Part shown: piece after piece, positions 39,098 through 52,660 of the stretch
Position numbering within the stretch: position 1 is the stretch's first letter
How the letters are laid out: each line of letters opens with the position of its first letter
From: Malacoraja senta
Lineage: Eukaryota
DNA length: 64,000 nt
Assembly: GCA_038087875.1 (NCBI GenBank)
Contig: JAXLNO010000046.1
Span: 64,001-128,000, forward strand
Direction: 5' to 3'
Made by a program: the position numbers and the translations under genes
The notes under the pieces: model-generated
What the model was told of the DNA's origin: nothing
The model's database searches: none
What the model saw: the letters and a program-made list of their open reading frames with translations, nothing else

Positions 39098-39357
39098 TTA
39101 GACTTTAGAGATACAGTGTGGAAAGTGGCCCTTCAGCCCACATCGACCAATGATCACCAGTACACTAGTTCTAGTACTACACACTAGGGACAATTTACAG
39201 AAGCCAATTAACCTACAAACCTGCACGTCTTTGGAGTGTGGGAGGAAACCCACGCAGTCACAGGCAGAACGTGCAATCTCCATTCAGACAATATCCGTAG
39301 TCAGAATCAAACCCGGGTCTTTGGCGCTGTGAGGCAGCAACTCGACCGCTGGGCCAT
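39098..39357 (-). mobile_element. V-SINE/HE1-like SINE
   Basis: Same family as 40195-40475, reversed. Confidence 0.85.
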
Positions 39358-40194
39358 GGCAAAGTCAGAAAAATGGTTCTTCACTGGACAAGTGGTTGGG
39401 ATTTGGCATTGCTGTCTGGTGGGGTCATGGATACAGATTCAATTGGAGATCTCAAAAATAAATGTCTTGAAAGAGTTTAGATTGCAACATTGGAATTGGA
39501 TTAATTGGATGACTCATTTACAGGCCTGGTACAAGTGTACTAGAATGTATGGTCTCTTTATGCCATTTTATGTCGCTGTCTTTTTTTGTAAACCAGCATC
39601 TGCATTTTCTTGTGTTTATATATTTTTAACTTTGTGCTTCTGAATGTTTTGACTGGTGTACAATTAGAAGAAATCAGAACACAGTCAGGCTTTTATCAAT
39701 TTATCAGGCTTTGATTTTCTCTAAAAGCTGATCACACTTGTTTTCCTTAGGATTAGTTGATGTAAGCATGCTCTGGTACAAAAGACATGTCTTTGGAAAG
39801 TTTGGTTTTCCTCTGTTTTCTGAAAGTTGCTTTGGAGGTGACATTTACAGTGAAAAGCTCAAATGTGTACAAGAGTTGAGCAATTAGCAGATTAGCATTT
39901 GTGGTAATGAGGACTGGGATGGAAGATGCAGCAAAGAACACTTGGAATATAGAGTAGATCTCTGTGTAAATCAGAAGAAACGATTGACATTTTCCAGTAA
40001 ACAAAATGATTGTGCTTGGCTGGAAAAAAGGTAAAGCTCATTTATTGAATTAAAAAATAAACGACAGTGTTTTTAATTTGTTCACCACAAGACTACTGAA
40101 TTGTTTCAGAAATTGGACCGTCACAATAATAGACTTTGTGCTGTTAGCGGGCTGCCTTTCATGTGTGTTGGATGAACGCAGAATTTGAGTAAGG

Positions 40195-40475
40195 AACGGC
40201 ATGGTGGCGCAGCGGTAAAGTTGTTGCCTCACAGCACCAGAGACCCATGTTCAATACTGACTACGGGTGCTGTCTGTACGGAGTTTGCATGTTCTCCTTG
40301 TGACCGCGTGGGTTTTCCCCAGGTGCCCCGGTTTCCTCCCATATCCCAGAGATGTGCAGGTTTGTAGGTTAGTTGGGTTCTATAAATTGTCTCTAGTGTG
40401 TAGGATAGAAATAGTGTACTGGTCGGCGTGGGCTCGGTGGGCTGAAGGGCCTCTTTCCACGCTGCAAATCTAAAG
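40195..40475 (+). mobile_element. Full-length V-SINE/HE1-like tRNA-derived SINE
   Basis: A-box tggcgcagcgg (40205-40215), B-box-like gttcaatac (40249), V-domain ggagtttgcatgttctcc, CR1-like tail gggctgaagggcct. Confidence 0.88.
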
Positions 40476-40519
40476 ACATGTTATCAGGCGTTGCAAGTAT
40501 TTGTTTGCTGAGGGAAGGT

Positions 40520-40608
40520 TGAAGATGGACACAAAAAGCTCAGTGGGACAGGCAGCATCTCTGGAGAGAAGGAAAGGTGACATTTCAGGTTGAGACCCTT
40601 CTTCAGAT
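40520..40608 (-). mobile_element. Penelope pLTR-derived monomer
   Basis: gacacaaaaagctcagtgggacaggcagcatctctgg...gagacccttcttcaga. Confidence 0.75.
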
Positions 40609-41084
40609 ATTTCTGAAGGCATTGGCCAGCTGGGGGCCTCACCTAGGTGCCCACACCACCAATAATCACCAGTACTAGTGAAGCTACATGGAAGAGCTCT
40701 ACCTTACAGCAGTGATTACTGAAATATTGTAGTGTTGTAGGGTCTACCTACATCCTGTTGAAGTCCTGAAGCCATGAATGGTGTATTTTGTAAATGTGAG
40801 TCTTGAGTTTTAAAATCGTTTGTTGTCCGTTTCGTGTAGATACCTATGTTCCAGCAACAGGATAGTGATTCATATCAACTTGAGCACATTTCTCATTGCT
40901 TTACCTCCTGGCTCCAAGGCCAACCGCATCTCCCACTTAGTGCCAGTTGAAACACAAGTCAAAAATCGTTAATATAATCTCCACTGCGTAAAATGCACTT
41001 GTTTACCGAGTTCTCAAGGGAACAGGTGCTGATTCAATTTGACCAGTTTGTTTCTGAATAAGAAAGTCACAGAACACATCGGAG

Positions 41085-41405
41085 CTGAAGAAGTTGGGTG
41101 CTTTGAAAAAATAATCTTTCTCAGATGAAATGTTAAAATGAAGCCTTATCTGCTTTTCTACGGATTAGATGAATGTTAGATCCCACAGCACCATTTGAGC
41201 AGATACTCTCAGTGCATATCCACCAAAAACAGAATGTTAACTGAACATTAATGTAATTGTTATTTATGCAACTCTCTTGTGCATAAGTTGCTTGCTAACT
41301 AACAAAGGATTCACTTCAATTCATTAGACGAGGTGCTTTGCAACCTTCCTGTAAAATACCGATAAGTTTTTCTTATTATCTTACTTTCTGTTTTTCTTTC
41401 TTTCT
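41085..41405 (+). mobile_element. Ancient Deu-domain SINE (SacSINE1/AmnSINE1-like), degenerate
   Basis: tctttctcagatgaaatgttaaa...agatcccacagcaccattt...cttgtgcataagttgcttgc...cacttcaa follows the Deu-SINE motif order as I recall it. Confidence 0.55.
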
Positions 41406-41580
41406 GTAATGATCCAGAAATCCATTCAAAAATGAACTTTGGATAAAACCAGAGCTTTAAACAAAGTTGTGATAAGTTTGTTCTTGTTCTCCAGTCTCAG
41501 TTAAAGCATTAATTGTAATTTTTATGCTCTATATGTTAAGGAAATGATTCCATGGAGCCAAACGCAGACAGATGGGAATT

Positions 41581-41733
41581 GTATAGATGGGACATGTTGG
41601 TCAGTGTGGGCAAGTTGGGCAGAAGGGCCTGTTTCCACGCTGTATCACTCTGTGACTAGTATAGATGGGACATGTTGGTCAGTGTGGGCAAGTTGAGCAG
41701 AAGGACCTGTTTCCATACTGTATCACTATGATA
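41581..41733 (+). repeat. Tandem duplication (78-bp unit) of a CR1 3' tail
   Basis: gtatagatgggacatgttggtcagtgtgggcaagttg... at 41581 and 41659. Confidence 0.9.
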
Positions 41734-42273
41734 TATTTCAACATTTTCCCTGTTTTTCCTTCCAGAATATATTAACATAATCTTATTCTTAGTAAATAAC
41801 ATTTGCTTTCTGCCACCAAGCTGTTCATGGCTTCCTGAAATTTTCTATAGAACTCACTGTTTGCTACAGATTTCATTTTTTGGATAATAATAAACTGTCA
41901 GAACTGTACCATAGCAATGAGCAATGTTCAAGCCCAGCTCTGTAGAGGCTGTATGGTTAAACAGATCAGTCTGAAGAAGGTTCCTGACCTGAGACATCAC
42001 CTACCCATGTTCTCCAAAGATGCTGCTTACCTGTTGAGTTGCTCCAGTGCTTTGCGTCCTTGTCTGTTAACCAGGTGGGTCAGTGGTGAAGACCTGGGCT
42101 CACAGTTGGCATCTGTCACCCTGCCACTGCCAGTGTACCCACTGGATGACTGACATTGGGGTGTCTCCCTCACAACCAGCAGCTCTCGGTGAAGTTGGGT
42201 CAGATTTGTGGTCGTACACGGAGGGAGAATGATGGCTATGATATCTCTGGAAGTGAAGGGCATACCATACCTT

Positions 42274-42304
<31 letters not shown>

Positions 42305-43484
42305 AATGGGTACCTGAAATTGTTAAATTCGCTACTAAATCCCATGCAATGTGCACCGATGGAAGACCAAATGCTATTCCTTCAGCTAACAGTGGGATAG
42401 TTGGAGCATTGTGGGAGGTTGAAGACAAAGAGCAGAAGGTCAGAGAGTGAAGATGGTGGACAACCAGTAGAGATGCTCCACAAAGTGGGCACCCTGTCCT
42501 CATTTCACTCTTCCTCTTCCCGTTTCTTTCTTTCTTTTTTATGTTTGTGATCTAAGTTTAAAAATTCTTATCCTTGTGTTCAATTCCACAGAAACACTGT
42601 ACACTTCCACCTCTTGTTCATTCCTCATTCCCACTGCTCCATGAGGCATGCTCTCAGCTTTTGAGACTCTGCTGTGTGGAAGCCCTCTCTTACTTTCAAA
42701 TGTATTTGGGAATCTCCCAGCTTTGCATGGAGCCAGCCTGCCCGTGGTTTATTGGGAGCTCCTGATTCTATGGTCAGTAGATCAAGTGGAATGAGAAAGA
42801 TTAGTCTTTCTCTTCCACAGGTATCGCCAAATACTTTGGATAAATTGCATGAGAAACTGTGACTGTGCATCGTAATTGAAGCGTTTTACAAAGGAGACTA
42901 AAGAAACCAAGCTCTAGTATTTTATATCCAGTATGAAATATAGCCTGAAAATTACAATACATTTATGCAGCAATCTAGCAAATACAGCTGTAATTGCAGG
43001 GATGAATAAATGTTGCACCTAACTGCAATAGCATTAAGCAAAACCATCTGTTTAGTGAGGCCTGAAGGAAGTGGCTATTAAATGATCTTTATCAATCTGT
43101 TGTAGATGGGAAGATGAGGTGATGCCAGTAGTCAACGTTTCCTCATTCAACACTTACAACACATGTGCTCACGGATGACAAAGATGGAAGTGTTGTTCTT
43201 GTTGAATGATGCAAGAACAATCCTCCTGTTAAGATCTGATTCATTCTATCTCCTCAGATGAGGATCAACTCTCTCCTTCTCTCAACCTCGATCTCCTCCT
43301 GTGATGCTCATTAACATTTACTTTTTTGACCAGATTACTTAGACATCTATGTGTCCTTGTATTTACTAAGGCAGCATGGTAACAAATGTCATTCGATAAT
43401 GTTCTTGTGAAGCACCTCAGATATTTCCCTAAAAACATTATACAAACACAATCTGGGGACTGGGGTAATTATCTTAAAGTTAAG

Positions 43485-44310
43485 TCCAAGTCAAATCAAA
43501 TCAATCAAATCAAAAACTTTATTTGCCATTTGTGCTTACACACATAGGAATTCGTGTGCGGTTGTTCAGAGAGTCAAGTCAAGTCAAGTTAAAAAGACAC
43601 ACAGAAAAACACATAATCTATAAACTATAAACACATATACTATGATATGTTATGAGGTGGGTCAGGACATCAGTTCATTTTGTTTTGGCCAAGAGTCTCA
43701 CTGTGGCAAGGAAGAAGCTCTTGAAAAAGCGTGTTCTGTTTGTGACGATGCTGTCCGCTCGTCTGTGCCTGAGGTTGTATGTGCAGTTTTTGTGTTTGAG
43801 CAGGGAGTGAGCTGGATGTAGTGTGTCTCTGATGATTCTCTCTGCTCTTTTTTGACAGCGCTGTGTGTAGATTGTTTCCATGGAGGGAAGTTCCGTTCTG
43901 ATAATCCTCTCTGCAGTCTTTATGACTCTTTGCAGAGACTTCCTCTCTGTCTGTGTGGTGTTTCCATACCACACCGTGATGCCTGTGGTGAGGATGCTCT
44001 CTATCAGTCCTTTGTAGACCTGGGTGAGAGGGCGACAGTGCAGACCAGCTTTTCTGAGCAGCCTGATGAAGTACAGTCTCTGCTGGGCTTTTTTCACTGT
44101 TGCAACAGTGTTCAAAGTCCAGTTCAGATCTGATGTTACTTGTAATCCCAGGTATCTGTAACTGTCAGCCCTCTCTACCACAGTCCCCTTGATGATGAGG
44201 GGCTGCAGGGGGGGTGGATTTTTTCTGAAGTCCATTATTATTTCTCTTGCCTTGTCTGTGTTGAGGCTTAGGTCGTTCACCTCACCAAAGGCAAGAATGT
44301 CATTCACCAG
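43485..44310 (-). mobile_element. Rex1/Babar 3' fragment, open 210-aa frame
   Basis: LSLNTDKAREIIMDFRK..YRYLGLQVTSDLNW..KKAQQRLYFIR..GITVWYGN; (TTTGA)n tail. Confidence 0.92.
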
Positions 44311-47300
44311 ATTCCTGTTTCCCTATGCTTCTTGTTGTCTAACATTAGGAATACTGATGAGAAGTAGGCTGGTAGATGTAAATCATCCATTGTGAAACCT
44401 TTCCTACTTCACAACAGGGCTAAATTACAAATCAAAATTAAAATGTTAGGAATTTGAAATAAAAAACAAAAATGCTGTAAACACCGAGCAGGTCAGGCAG
44501 TGCCTATGGGGAGAGAAGCCGTCAGTGATTCAGGTGCTTGTGTATAGATATCAGAAGAGGATCAACAGTCAAGAGTGTTTTATTGTCATGTGTCCCAGAT
44601 AGAACAATGACATTCTTACTTGCTGCAGCACAACACAATATGTAAACATAGTACACTGTAAACAATATGATAAACGAGAGAGAAAAGAAAGTTCCATATG
44701 TATACCATCCATTGTTGAGTATCTCAGGCTCTCGCTTCATATAGGATAAAAATATTCCAACATCTGCTGGAACGACCATTCAATACCAAACCCCCATGAA
44801 ACATCCATGAATGTAGAATCACGGCAAATCTTCACTTTCACTTCCTTACTCTTTTAATGTCTGAAATCTCCTTCAGTCTGATACCTCTCATCTTTTTACA
44901 CCTCTAAAAAGGTCCACATCTTCTCCCATGGCCCCTGATCCAACTAGGGCCACTTCTTCAGATATCTTCTCCGTATTTCTGAAAATCCACTTCCCAGCTC
45001 TGAAATTCTCTGTGAAACACATGAAAGGAGCAGCATAAATGTGAGTCTTTTATATGTTGGCACTTGGCCAGAATTATCCAAAAATAAACAATGCAGACTG
45101 TTATTAATATGTTTGTTGGCCAGCAATGGAAGATTATCTCTTTGAGTTATAAATCATTACACTTTTAGGAAAAGTTTGCATACCTCCATGGTTAGTTTGC
45201 AAAGTTGCAGCTCTTGTCCATCCATGGCCCATTAAACCCATCCTCAGAAAGTTAAATCTGGTCGTTAATAAAGTAAGCATCCTTTTAATGGCATGATAAT
45301 TGTTAATGACCTCCAATCAACTTTTCTTGCCTGCAAAGCGAGTAATTAAAGGTGTGAAGATGTGGAACAAATTGGTTTTGGAGATTTGAATAACGTGTTA
45401 AAAATGTTATCTTTGTTTCATTTCACTTTCTACTTCTTGCACTATTTTCATTTTTTTCTCCTTTATTTCTCTAAAATTTCTCATTCTAACAATTTGCTTT
45501 TCAATCCTTCCTTTGATTATTTTTACATTCTTAAATCTTGGTTGAGGAGCCAAGTTGTCCAGTTTGTTGCAGCAGGAGACCACACTCCCAGCAAGCCTCA
45601 GTAAAATTAGCCTTCAATTGTGTTAGGAGGCACGACTGATTAACAGGGATAACCAGAGATGCGTTGCTGCAGCCAAGTGCCTCTAGGGACACATTCTCGT
45701 GCCTTTAGCTGGTGGCTTGTTGCGTAGGAACCACTGTAACAGATCAAGTTAATTAACATTTCCCCTGCCTGTCGACATTTTAAAAAGCAAGATTGCAATA
45801 GTTTTTTATCCATCCTTCTACATGGAAGACCTGTGTGAATCTCTGAGCTGTATTTAGAACATGGAGACAGAAGAGACTGCAGATGCTGTGTTGCTGGAGG
45901 AACTCAATGTGTTGGGCAGCATCTGCGGAAGGAAGTGGACAGATAATGTGTTGGGTCGTGACTGAGGGAGGATTGTAACCATTGGTTGTCTACTGCCTTC
46001 CCTCTATTGACATCCTGCATTGAGTTCCTCTAGCAGTCTGTTTTTTTCCCACTTATTTAGAGCACGTTGGAGCTTGGCAGCGTTTCACTAATAATGACAA
46101 CAGAATCTCCAGCACAGCATGGATGGTTGTGACCTCCGTGTAAATACACAGCTGATTGCTAGCAATTTCCTGATGGTTGGATTGTGCTCTGGGGTACGAC
46201 GGTTGACAGGAACAGGGAGCTCATTCATTGTGCTGGGGGGGGGGGGGAAGCCTGGAAGGGAGAGGGTGGGTAGAAGGAGGTTTACGTATTAGCTTGGGCT
46301 TAGTAGTCCAAAGAACGTCCCCAGACTCTGAGAATCTGTGACCTTTGCCAAAGAAAAGAATTTATTTAATTTTAATACATTTCTTTCTAGTATAATATTT
46401 TCTACTGTTTTAACTGTTTAATTCCTTAAGAATTACAAATTGCAATAGTTTAACTTTTTAATGGTTTCTGGGACTTTGTGAGTATCGATATGATGAACAT
46501 AATTGTTGAGTCAAGGTGCCATTATTGTCAATAACAGACCAAGCCCTTTGTACAAGGTTGCAGGATGCATGATGTGTGCAAGTTCAACTGGAAATCAGAT
46601 GGGCAGCAAGTTTAATCAAGAAGGAATATGACAGAAATTAGCCACAGCCAGTAAGCTTTGTGGCATGGCTTTGCCAGCTGTCAATGGATTTGTGTAAAAG
46701 CAGGGCTTACCATTTATACTTGGAAGAATCCCAGACAATAAAGTAATTGGCAACTTTGCTGAAGACATTGAGTCACAAGATATTGCAGATGCTGTAATCT
46801 GGAAACAAAGCCAAGGTGCTGGAGGAACTCAGAGAGTCAGGCAGATGTATGGAGGGAGAAGGATGGTTGATGTTTTTGGGTGTGATACTGCAGCAGGACC
46901 TGGACATCAACATCTCTCTGATTCCACAAATGCTGCCTGACCTATTGAGTTCCTCCAATAACTTGTTTTCTGCGAGGTTAGGACCAGGTTTACTGAGCCG
47001 GGCAAGAACTGCCATGAAGACAACCCACATAAGACTTGGGCCATTGCAATCTTCAAGACCAATAGTGCAAGGTGCCAGCAGTGCTTGAAAGTAGCAGCAA
47101 GGAGAGTTAAAGAAAAGCCTGGGCTGGAACTGTCTGTCGACTGTTAGAAGAAAGAACATTTGTAAAATGCAAGAAAATCCAGTGAGTTTCTGGGGGTGGT
47201 CTTAGAGTCATCGAGTGACACAGCGTGCAAACAGGCCCTTCGGCCCAACTTGCCCACACTGACCAACATGTCCCATCTACACTGGTGGTGTGTAGTACAT

Positions 47301-48252
47301 GAAGGGAGACGTACAGCAAGGTGTGTGACAGAATTCTACAGATGGATAATACCAGGTACTGTGGGGTGAAATTGTAGATTAATGTTATTCACAAGTAGAT
47401 GATTTATTCAACTAATAATAGGAAAGTAATTTATGATATCAATTTAATTGGGGTGAGTAGTTGGGGGATTATTTGTTTGAAATGTAATTGCTGCTGTTTT
47501 CCTTTTGGAAAGGGTGCCCAGAAACCTGACAGAAACAGGAAATTATAGGTGAACCATTCTTCCTGATGTTACTTGAGTGGGATCCAGCACGATAGGATGA
47601 GACGTTTCCAAATATAACTTTGGTTGCTAACTTCATGTCAAGAAATCCAATTATAACCACGACTGACTTCCCTGCCCAATGTTGTCCTTTAGAATAGTCT
47701 ATACTGAGTGCAGATTCATACTGGCACATGCTCCTGTTACTTATCTTAGATGTACACGTCACCCATTCAGTGCCACAGAGGTGAATGGCCTTGCATCACT
47801 AGATTGTCAACTGGGATAAAAGCAGACAATGCAAGATATGTGTTGCTAATTTTTATAACAGCTGGAGATTTTCCTCTTCTTAGGATGGAAACAGAAACGT
47901 ACGTTGACAAATTGAAATAGATGTTTCTGAGGTTTCTGTAGCTGAGTTCCTGTCCATCCTTTTGGAGGGTGAAAAATCCCATGGGAATAATTGGAGAGGA
48001 GTAGATATACATTTCCAGTTGGAGAAACAGCTTTACCTATAAGGCTCTAGTTATCTAGTACATTGACAGGTCATGAAAGGTGCCATATAAAAGCAAACCT
48101 TTCCCTTTCCCTCCATTTGCTTTCAATTTCTGCCCATTGGTACTGTGAACCCTGCAATACTAATGGTTCAGCTGATACTAAGGTGAGGTATTGAAGGGTG
48201 TCACAAATCTATTGATGAGGCCACTGTGCTGAATCAAGGTTCTCTACACCAT

Positions 48253-48394
48253 TGAATGACAGACACAAAATGATGGAGTAACTCAGCGGGTCAGGCAGCA
48301 TCTGTGGAGAACGTGGATAGGTGACGTTTCACAGAGTGCTGGAGTAACTCAGCGGATCAGGCAGCATCTGTGGAGAGAAGGAATGGGGAAGGAA
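48253..48394 (-). mobile_element. Penelope pLTR-derived tandem dimer; 13-bp TSD
   Basis: TSD ttctctacaccat at 48240-48252 and 48395-48407; junction gtgacgttt|cacagagtgctgg. Confidence 0.85.
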
Positions 48395-49914
48395 TTCTCT
48401 ACACCATCCCTGCCAGCGCTGCTCAGTATACAGCAGTGAAATTAAACCATTGACGTGTTATGAAGAACGTTATTGCACACCTGCTAGAGCTTTCAAAATC
48501 ATTATAAAACTTTCCCTGTGTACTGAAGTGGAATATTAGTCTGGGCAGTAATTACTATCTGCTGCCTGAAGCATTCAAGGTGCCAGTGTTGCTTAAACGC
48601 TGCAGCGAGAACAGTTGTTGTGACAGATGCCAAGTCCAAATGTTGCACGTCAGCTTTCATTCTCTCAGTGATCTAAAACATGCACATGTACAGCTTCTCA
48701 AATGAAGCAAGGAAATAATTACCATGGCTTCTCCCAATCACCCCTCTCAGCCTTGTGTGATTGCCCATGTCTTTTAAAGTATTCTCACCAATGGTTGCAA
48801 GCACCTCACCGATGTGAAACATCAGTAAGGAAATGGAATTGAACACTCTTCTAAAGATAATTACCTGAACGCTGGATTGCAAAGAGCAGTCACTCTTTCA
48901 AAATGATTCACCCTTTGGCAATGTAGGTAATAGCAGTTTAGTCTGTGCTGTCAATCCACTGTGTCAGTATGTTGTTGTGAACTTTTTCTCTTCTCATGTA
49001 CACACTGACACTGTGCCAATGATCTGTGTAACTCCATCATGAATCAGTGTTTATGTGTGAGTCCAGTCAGTCCAGTCCAATCTCACCATTATTCATACAC
49101 AGCAGTCAGAAACTAGAAGTCCACACTATGAACCCTTCTGATTTTGCTCCCAATTTTCTAGCAGTGTTTTGGTTTTCTGTTGTAATTAGATCCCGCCCTG
49201 AACTCCATTCCCGAGCAATGAACTCCATCCATGTCCCAGGCAACTGCTTTATGAAGACAAATCTAAACATATGAACATGTCAATTAGAAGCAACAGTAGC
49301 CTCTTACCCACTCCCTTAAAATCATGGCTGATCTGATTGCAACTGTAACTCTACAATTCTTACCCTGATCTTATCTGCCTCTTTAAGGAGGAGAATTCCA
49401 AGACTCACATCCTTCTGGGGGAAAAACAATCACCTCATCTGTCGTAAGTGAGTGAGTGACCCCTTGGCTGGCTGCAGGTACTCCCACATGAAGAAATTAC
49501 CTCTCCACATCCACTCTGTCATTATTTAACCTCACAATGAGGTTCCCTCTGCATTTCAGCACCATCACTAAGATGAAATGACCTCTAGGTCTGACCCACT
49601 GTGTGAGGGCAACTATATCTGTGACTAGTGGGCTATTGATACAGAACTTATCTTCATGTTCATGATATAATACTGTACGTTCTGCAAGACCAGCAGACAA
49701 AAGCCTTTGTGCAATAGAATGCTTTATTTCCCAGCTTAACGTTCCAGAGTGTACATAGTGATGTGAACATTATCTGGACCAGATATTTTAGTGACAGTGA
49801 CACTCACATACACTAGTGGCACATATCAATAGCACATTATAAATAAACAATCAACTCAGTGTTCAATAATATAGATTGATGAAATATAGGCACTGCAAGA
49901 AGGGGAAGGTGGTA

Positions 49915-50224
49915 TTTCTTGGTTTCTTGGTCCTCCAAAATATTCCAAATGGAATTTAAGCTGGAGGTGGTGGACGGAGGACTTAAGCCAGAAAGGGTTT
50001 TTGGGAAGAAAGAGCTACCTTAAATTTAGTTGCCTGGTTGGGTAACTAAAGTAGGGTGGAGATTATTCCATTCTTTAATTGTGCGGGTGAAGAACGAATT
50101 GCTGTACACATCTGTCTTGGTAGCTGGAATCACAAATTGTATCGAATGCCCTCGTCTGCTCCTAGTTGGTTTGGGTTTGGTGTAGGTCTTGTAATCTATG
50201 TCGACTGACCATTTAACATTTTGT
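49915..50224 (-). mobile_element. CR1-superfamily (Crack/Daphne-like) LINE 3' fragment
   Basis: Minus strand SRRGHSIQFVIPATKTDVYSNSFFTRTIKEWNNL; tail (CCAAGAAA)2. Confidence 0.65.
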
Positions 50225-50289
50225 TAGTAGCATTAGTTAGTAGCATTAGGGATACTAAGGTACAGGATCCTTTTTTTTCAGTCTCAGAT

Positions 50290-50965
50290 ACCTGTTGATG
50301 ATACAACTGTTGATGATCAATACTACTGTTGATGATCCATGCTACTGTTGATGATCCATGCTACTGTTGATCAACATGTGGTTGCTGAGAGAGAAAGCAA
50401 GGGCTATCTGAAGTTAGAGAAGTCAATGTTCATACTGCTGGGGTGTAAACTACCCAAGCGAAATATGAGGTGCTTTCTCTCTCCATCCCCTCCCCTTCCC
50501 AGTTCTCTCTCCAGTCTTACTGTCTCCGCCTACATTCCATCTTTGTCCCTCCCCCTCCCCTGATCAGTCTGAAGAAAGGTCTCGACCTGAACTGTCGCCT
50601 ATTCATTCTCTCCTGAAATGCTGCCTCAGCCGCTGAGTTAGTCCAGCAATTTGTGTCTACCTTCCATGCTACTGTAGATGATCCGTGTCACTGTTGATGA
50701 TCCGTGCTACTGTTGATGATCCGTGCTACTGTTGATGATCCGTGCTACTGTTGATGATCCGTGCTACTGTTGATGATCCGTGCTACTGTTGATGATCCGT
50801 GCTACTGTAGATGATCCGTGTCACTGTTGATGATCCGTGTCACTGTTGATGATCCGTGCTACTGTTGATGATCCGTGCTACTGTTGATGATCCGTGCTAC
50901 TGTAGATGATCCGTGTCACTGTTGATGATCCGTGTCACTGTTGATGATCCGTGCTACTGTTGATC
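50290..50965. repeat. 19-bp minisatellite (gatgatccgtgctactgtt) interrupted by an inverted-joined Penelope fragment (about 50385-50663)
   Basis: About 15 units at 50665-50965 and a few diverged units at 50290-50371. Confidence 0.92.
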
Positions 50966-51214
50966 TACTTGCAGTTGATGTTACCATTAATATGGTCTCT
51001 CCAGAGTTGTTTGATGATGTAGACTTCAGGCAGGAGACTTGTCCACATTGTAGACTCCTTCCCTGCTCCTGTTCCTCCATTTCCTGTTACATTTCCAATT
51101 CTTTGACTTACTTGTTCCTTCTACTTCTTGCTAGTGTTGGTTAGTTGGTAGCAAGGACTGTTCTCTTAGTCTGGTCTGGTAGAGTCAAGGTTGAGTCCTT
51201 CATCTAATGAGTCC

Positions 51215-51495
51215 ACTGACCATTAGCCACACATTTAAACCAATTCCATTTATACTCCTCATATTCCGTTAATGCCTTCTACACACAGGGACCAATTTGC
51301 AATGGCCAATTAATTAAATTAAACTTAACAAAAGCCTGATTTTGAGATGTGGGTGGAAATGGGATTACATGGAGGTCACCCACATGGTCAAAAGAACCAA
51401 ACTGGTACATTCCATGCAGACAATAGCAGAAGTCAGGATTGAACCTGGGTCTCTTGTGCTGTGAGGCAGCGGCTCTACCAGCTGTGCCACTGGGC
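51215..51495 (-). mobile_element. V-SINE/HE1-like SINE, degenerate
   Basis: gtcaggattgaacctgggtctcttgtgctgtgaggcagcggctctaccagctgtgccac tRNA-like head. Confidence 0.75.
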
Positions 51496-51893
51496 TGCCA
51501 GCAAGCAGCAGATCACCACAGATCGAGATACTCACTCGGCCAATACTGCAGGCCTCCTGGAGTACCAAGGCCTCCTGGAGTACCAAGGCAGGCGAATGTG
51601 GTCTGAGAGCACAGTTGGTTTGATGTTCAACAGGGTGGCACAGCCTGTCTGTGAACCATGGCATCCACAAATGTAATTCAAAGGTAGTTGGACCTACAAC
51701 ACGAGTGTGGAAGTTAGGATGCCAGTTGCATAAGCATTCATGCACAGTTTGTGGTTATTCCGTAATTGCACATCGTGGCAGAGGAGTTCCTGTCATCATG
51801 TGAAAATGGTCCCTGACTGAGATGCCCACTGGGGCTTTGGTGTTCGTCAATGGTCACCATCAACATGGGCCTGTTTGCCATCCAGGATATCCA

Positions 51894-51924
<31 letters not shown>

Positions 51925-52377
51925 GCAGTAATGGTACCACATCAACATGGTACACAACTTACATCCAGCCCACACCAACCATTTGTCAGAGAGCAGCACA
52001 CGTTGGCTCTTGTTGTTTTTAACTTTAGAAATACGTTTGTGTTAATTGCACCTCAATTTTTAGAACCCTTGGTGATATAATGCCAAAAGATTAGGCCCAA
52101 CAGGACAAAATGTGGACATTAGGGCACTTAATCACATTTCAATGGCATTCTTTGTTTACAATCTAATTTCACTTACCTTCATTCAAAGCCCACTACAGCC
52201 TGTGGCATTATCACTCAGATGAAATATTTGTTTACACAATTAGCGGTATTAAAGTGTGCAGGAGATCACAATGTTATCATTGAGTACATTCAGTGGGATT
52301 GTAAATTAAATGTGCTGGTCTAATTAGTGGATTATTATTATTTTTTTAAATAATTAGTGGAATTTGAGACATAAACA

Positions 52378-52660
52378 CTTTGTTTAGAGATACAGAAAGG
52401 AAACAGGCCCTTCGGCCCACTGAGTCCATGCCGACCAATGATCACCCATTTACACTAGTTCTACGTTATCCCAGTTTCACATCCTACACACTAGATGAAT
52501 TTTACCACCAATTAACCTACAAACCCGCCCCAGAGCACCCGGAGAAAACCCACACGGTTACAGGGAGAAGGTACAAACTCCATACAGACAGTAGATGGAG
52601 TCAGGATCAAACCCCAGTCTCTTGCACTGGAAGGCAGCAACTCTACCGCTGCACCACTGT
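52378..52660 (-). mobile_element. V-SINE/HE1-like SINE
   Basis: Same family as 33000 and 39098. Confidence 0.85.

Noticed and set aside
40195..40270. Possible tRNA gene (A/B boxes)
   Set aside because: No full cloverleaf; continues into SINE body and LINE-derived tail.
49555..49575. TTCAGCACC half of an RE1/REST site
   Set aside because: The required GGACAG half-site is absent.
50665..50965. CRISPR-like regular repeats (also 53190-53550 and 56382-56700)
   Set aside because: Head-to-tail units with no unique spacers, no cas genes, eukaryotic context.
51551..51589. 18-bp direct repeat ggcctcctggagtaccaa
   Set aside because: Simple local tandem duplication with nothing inserted between the copies.
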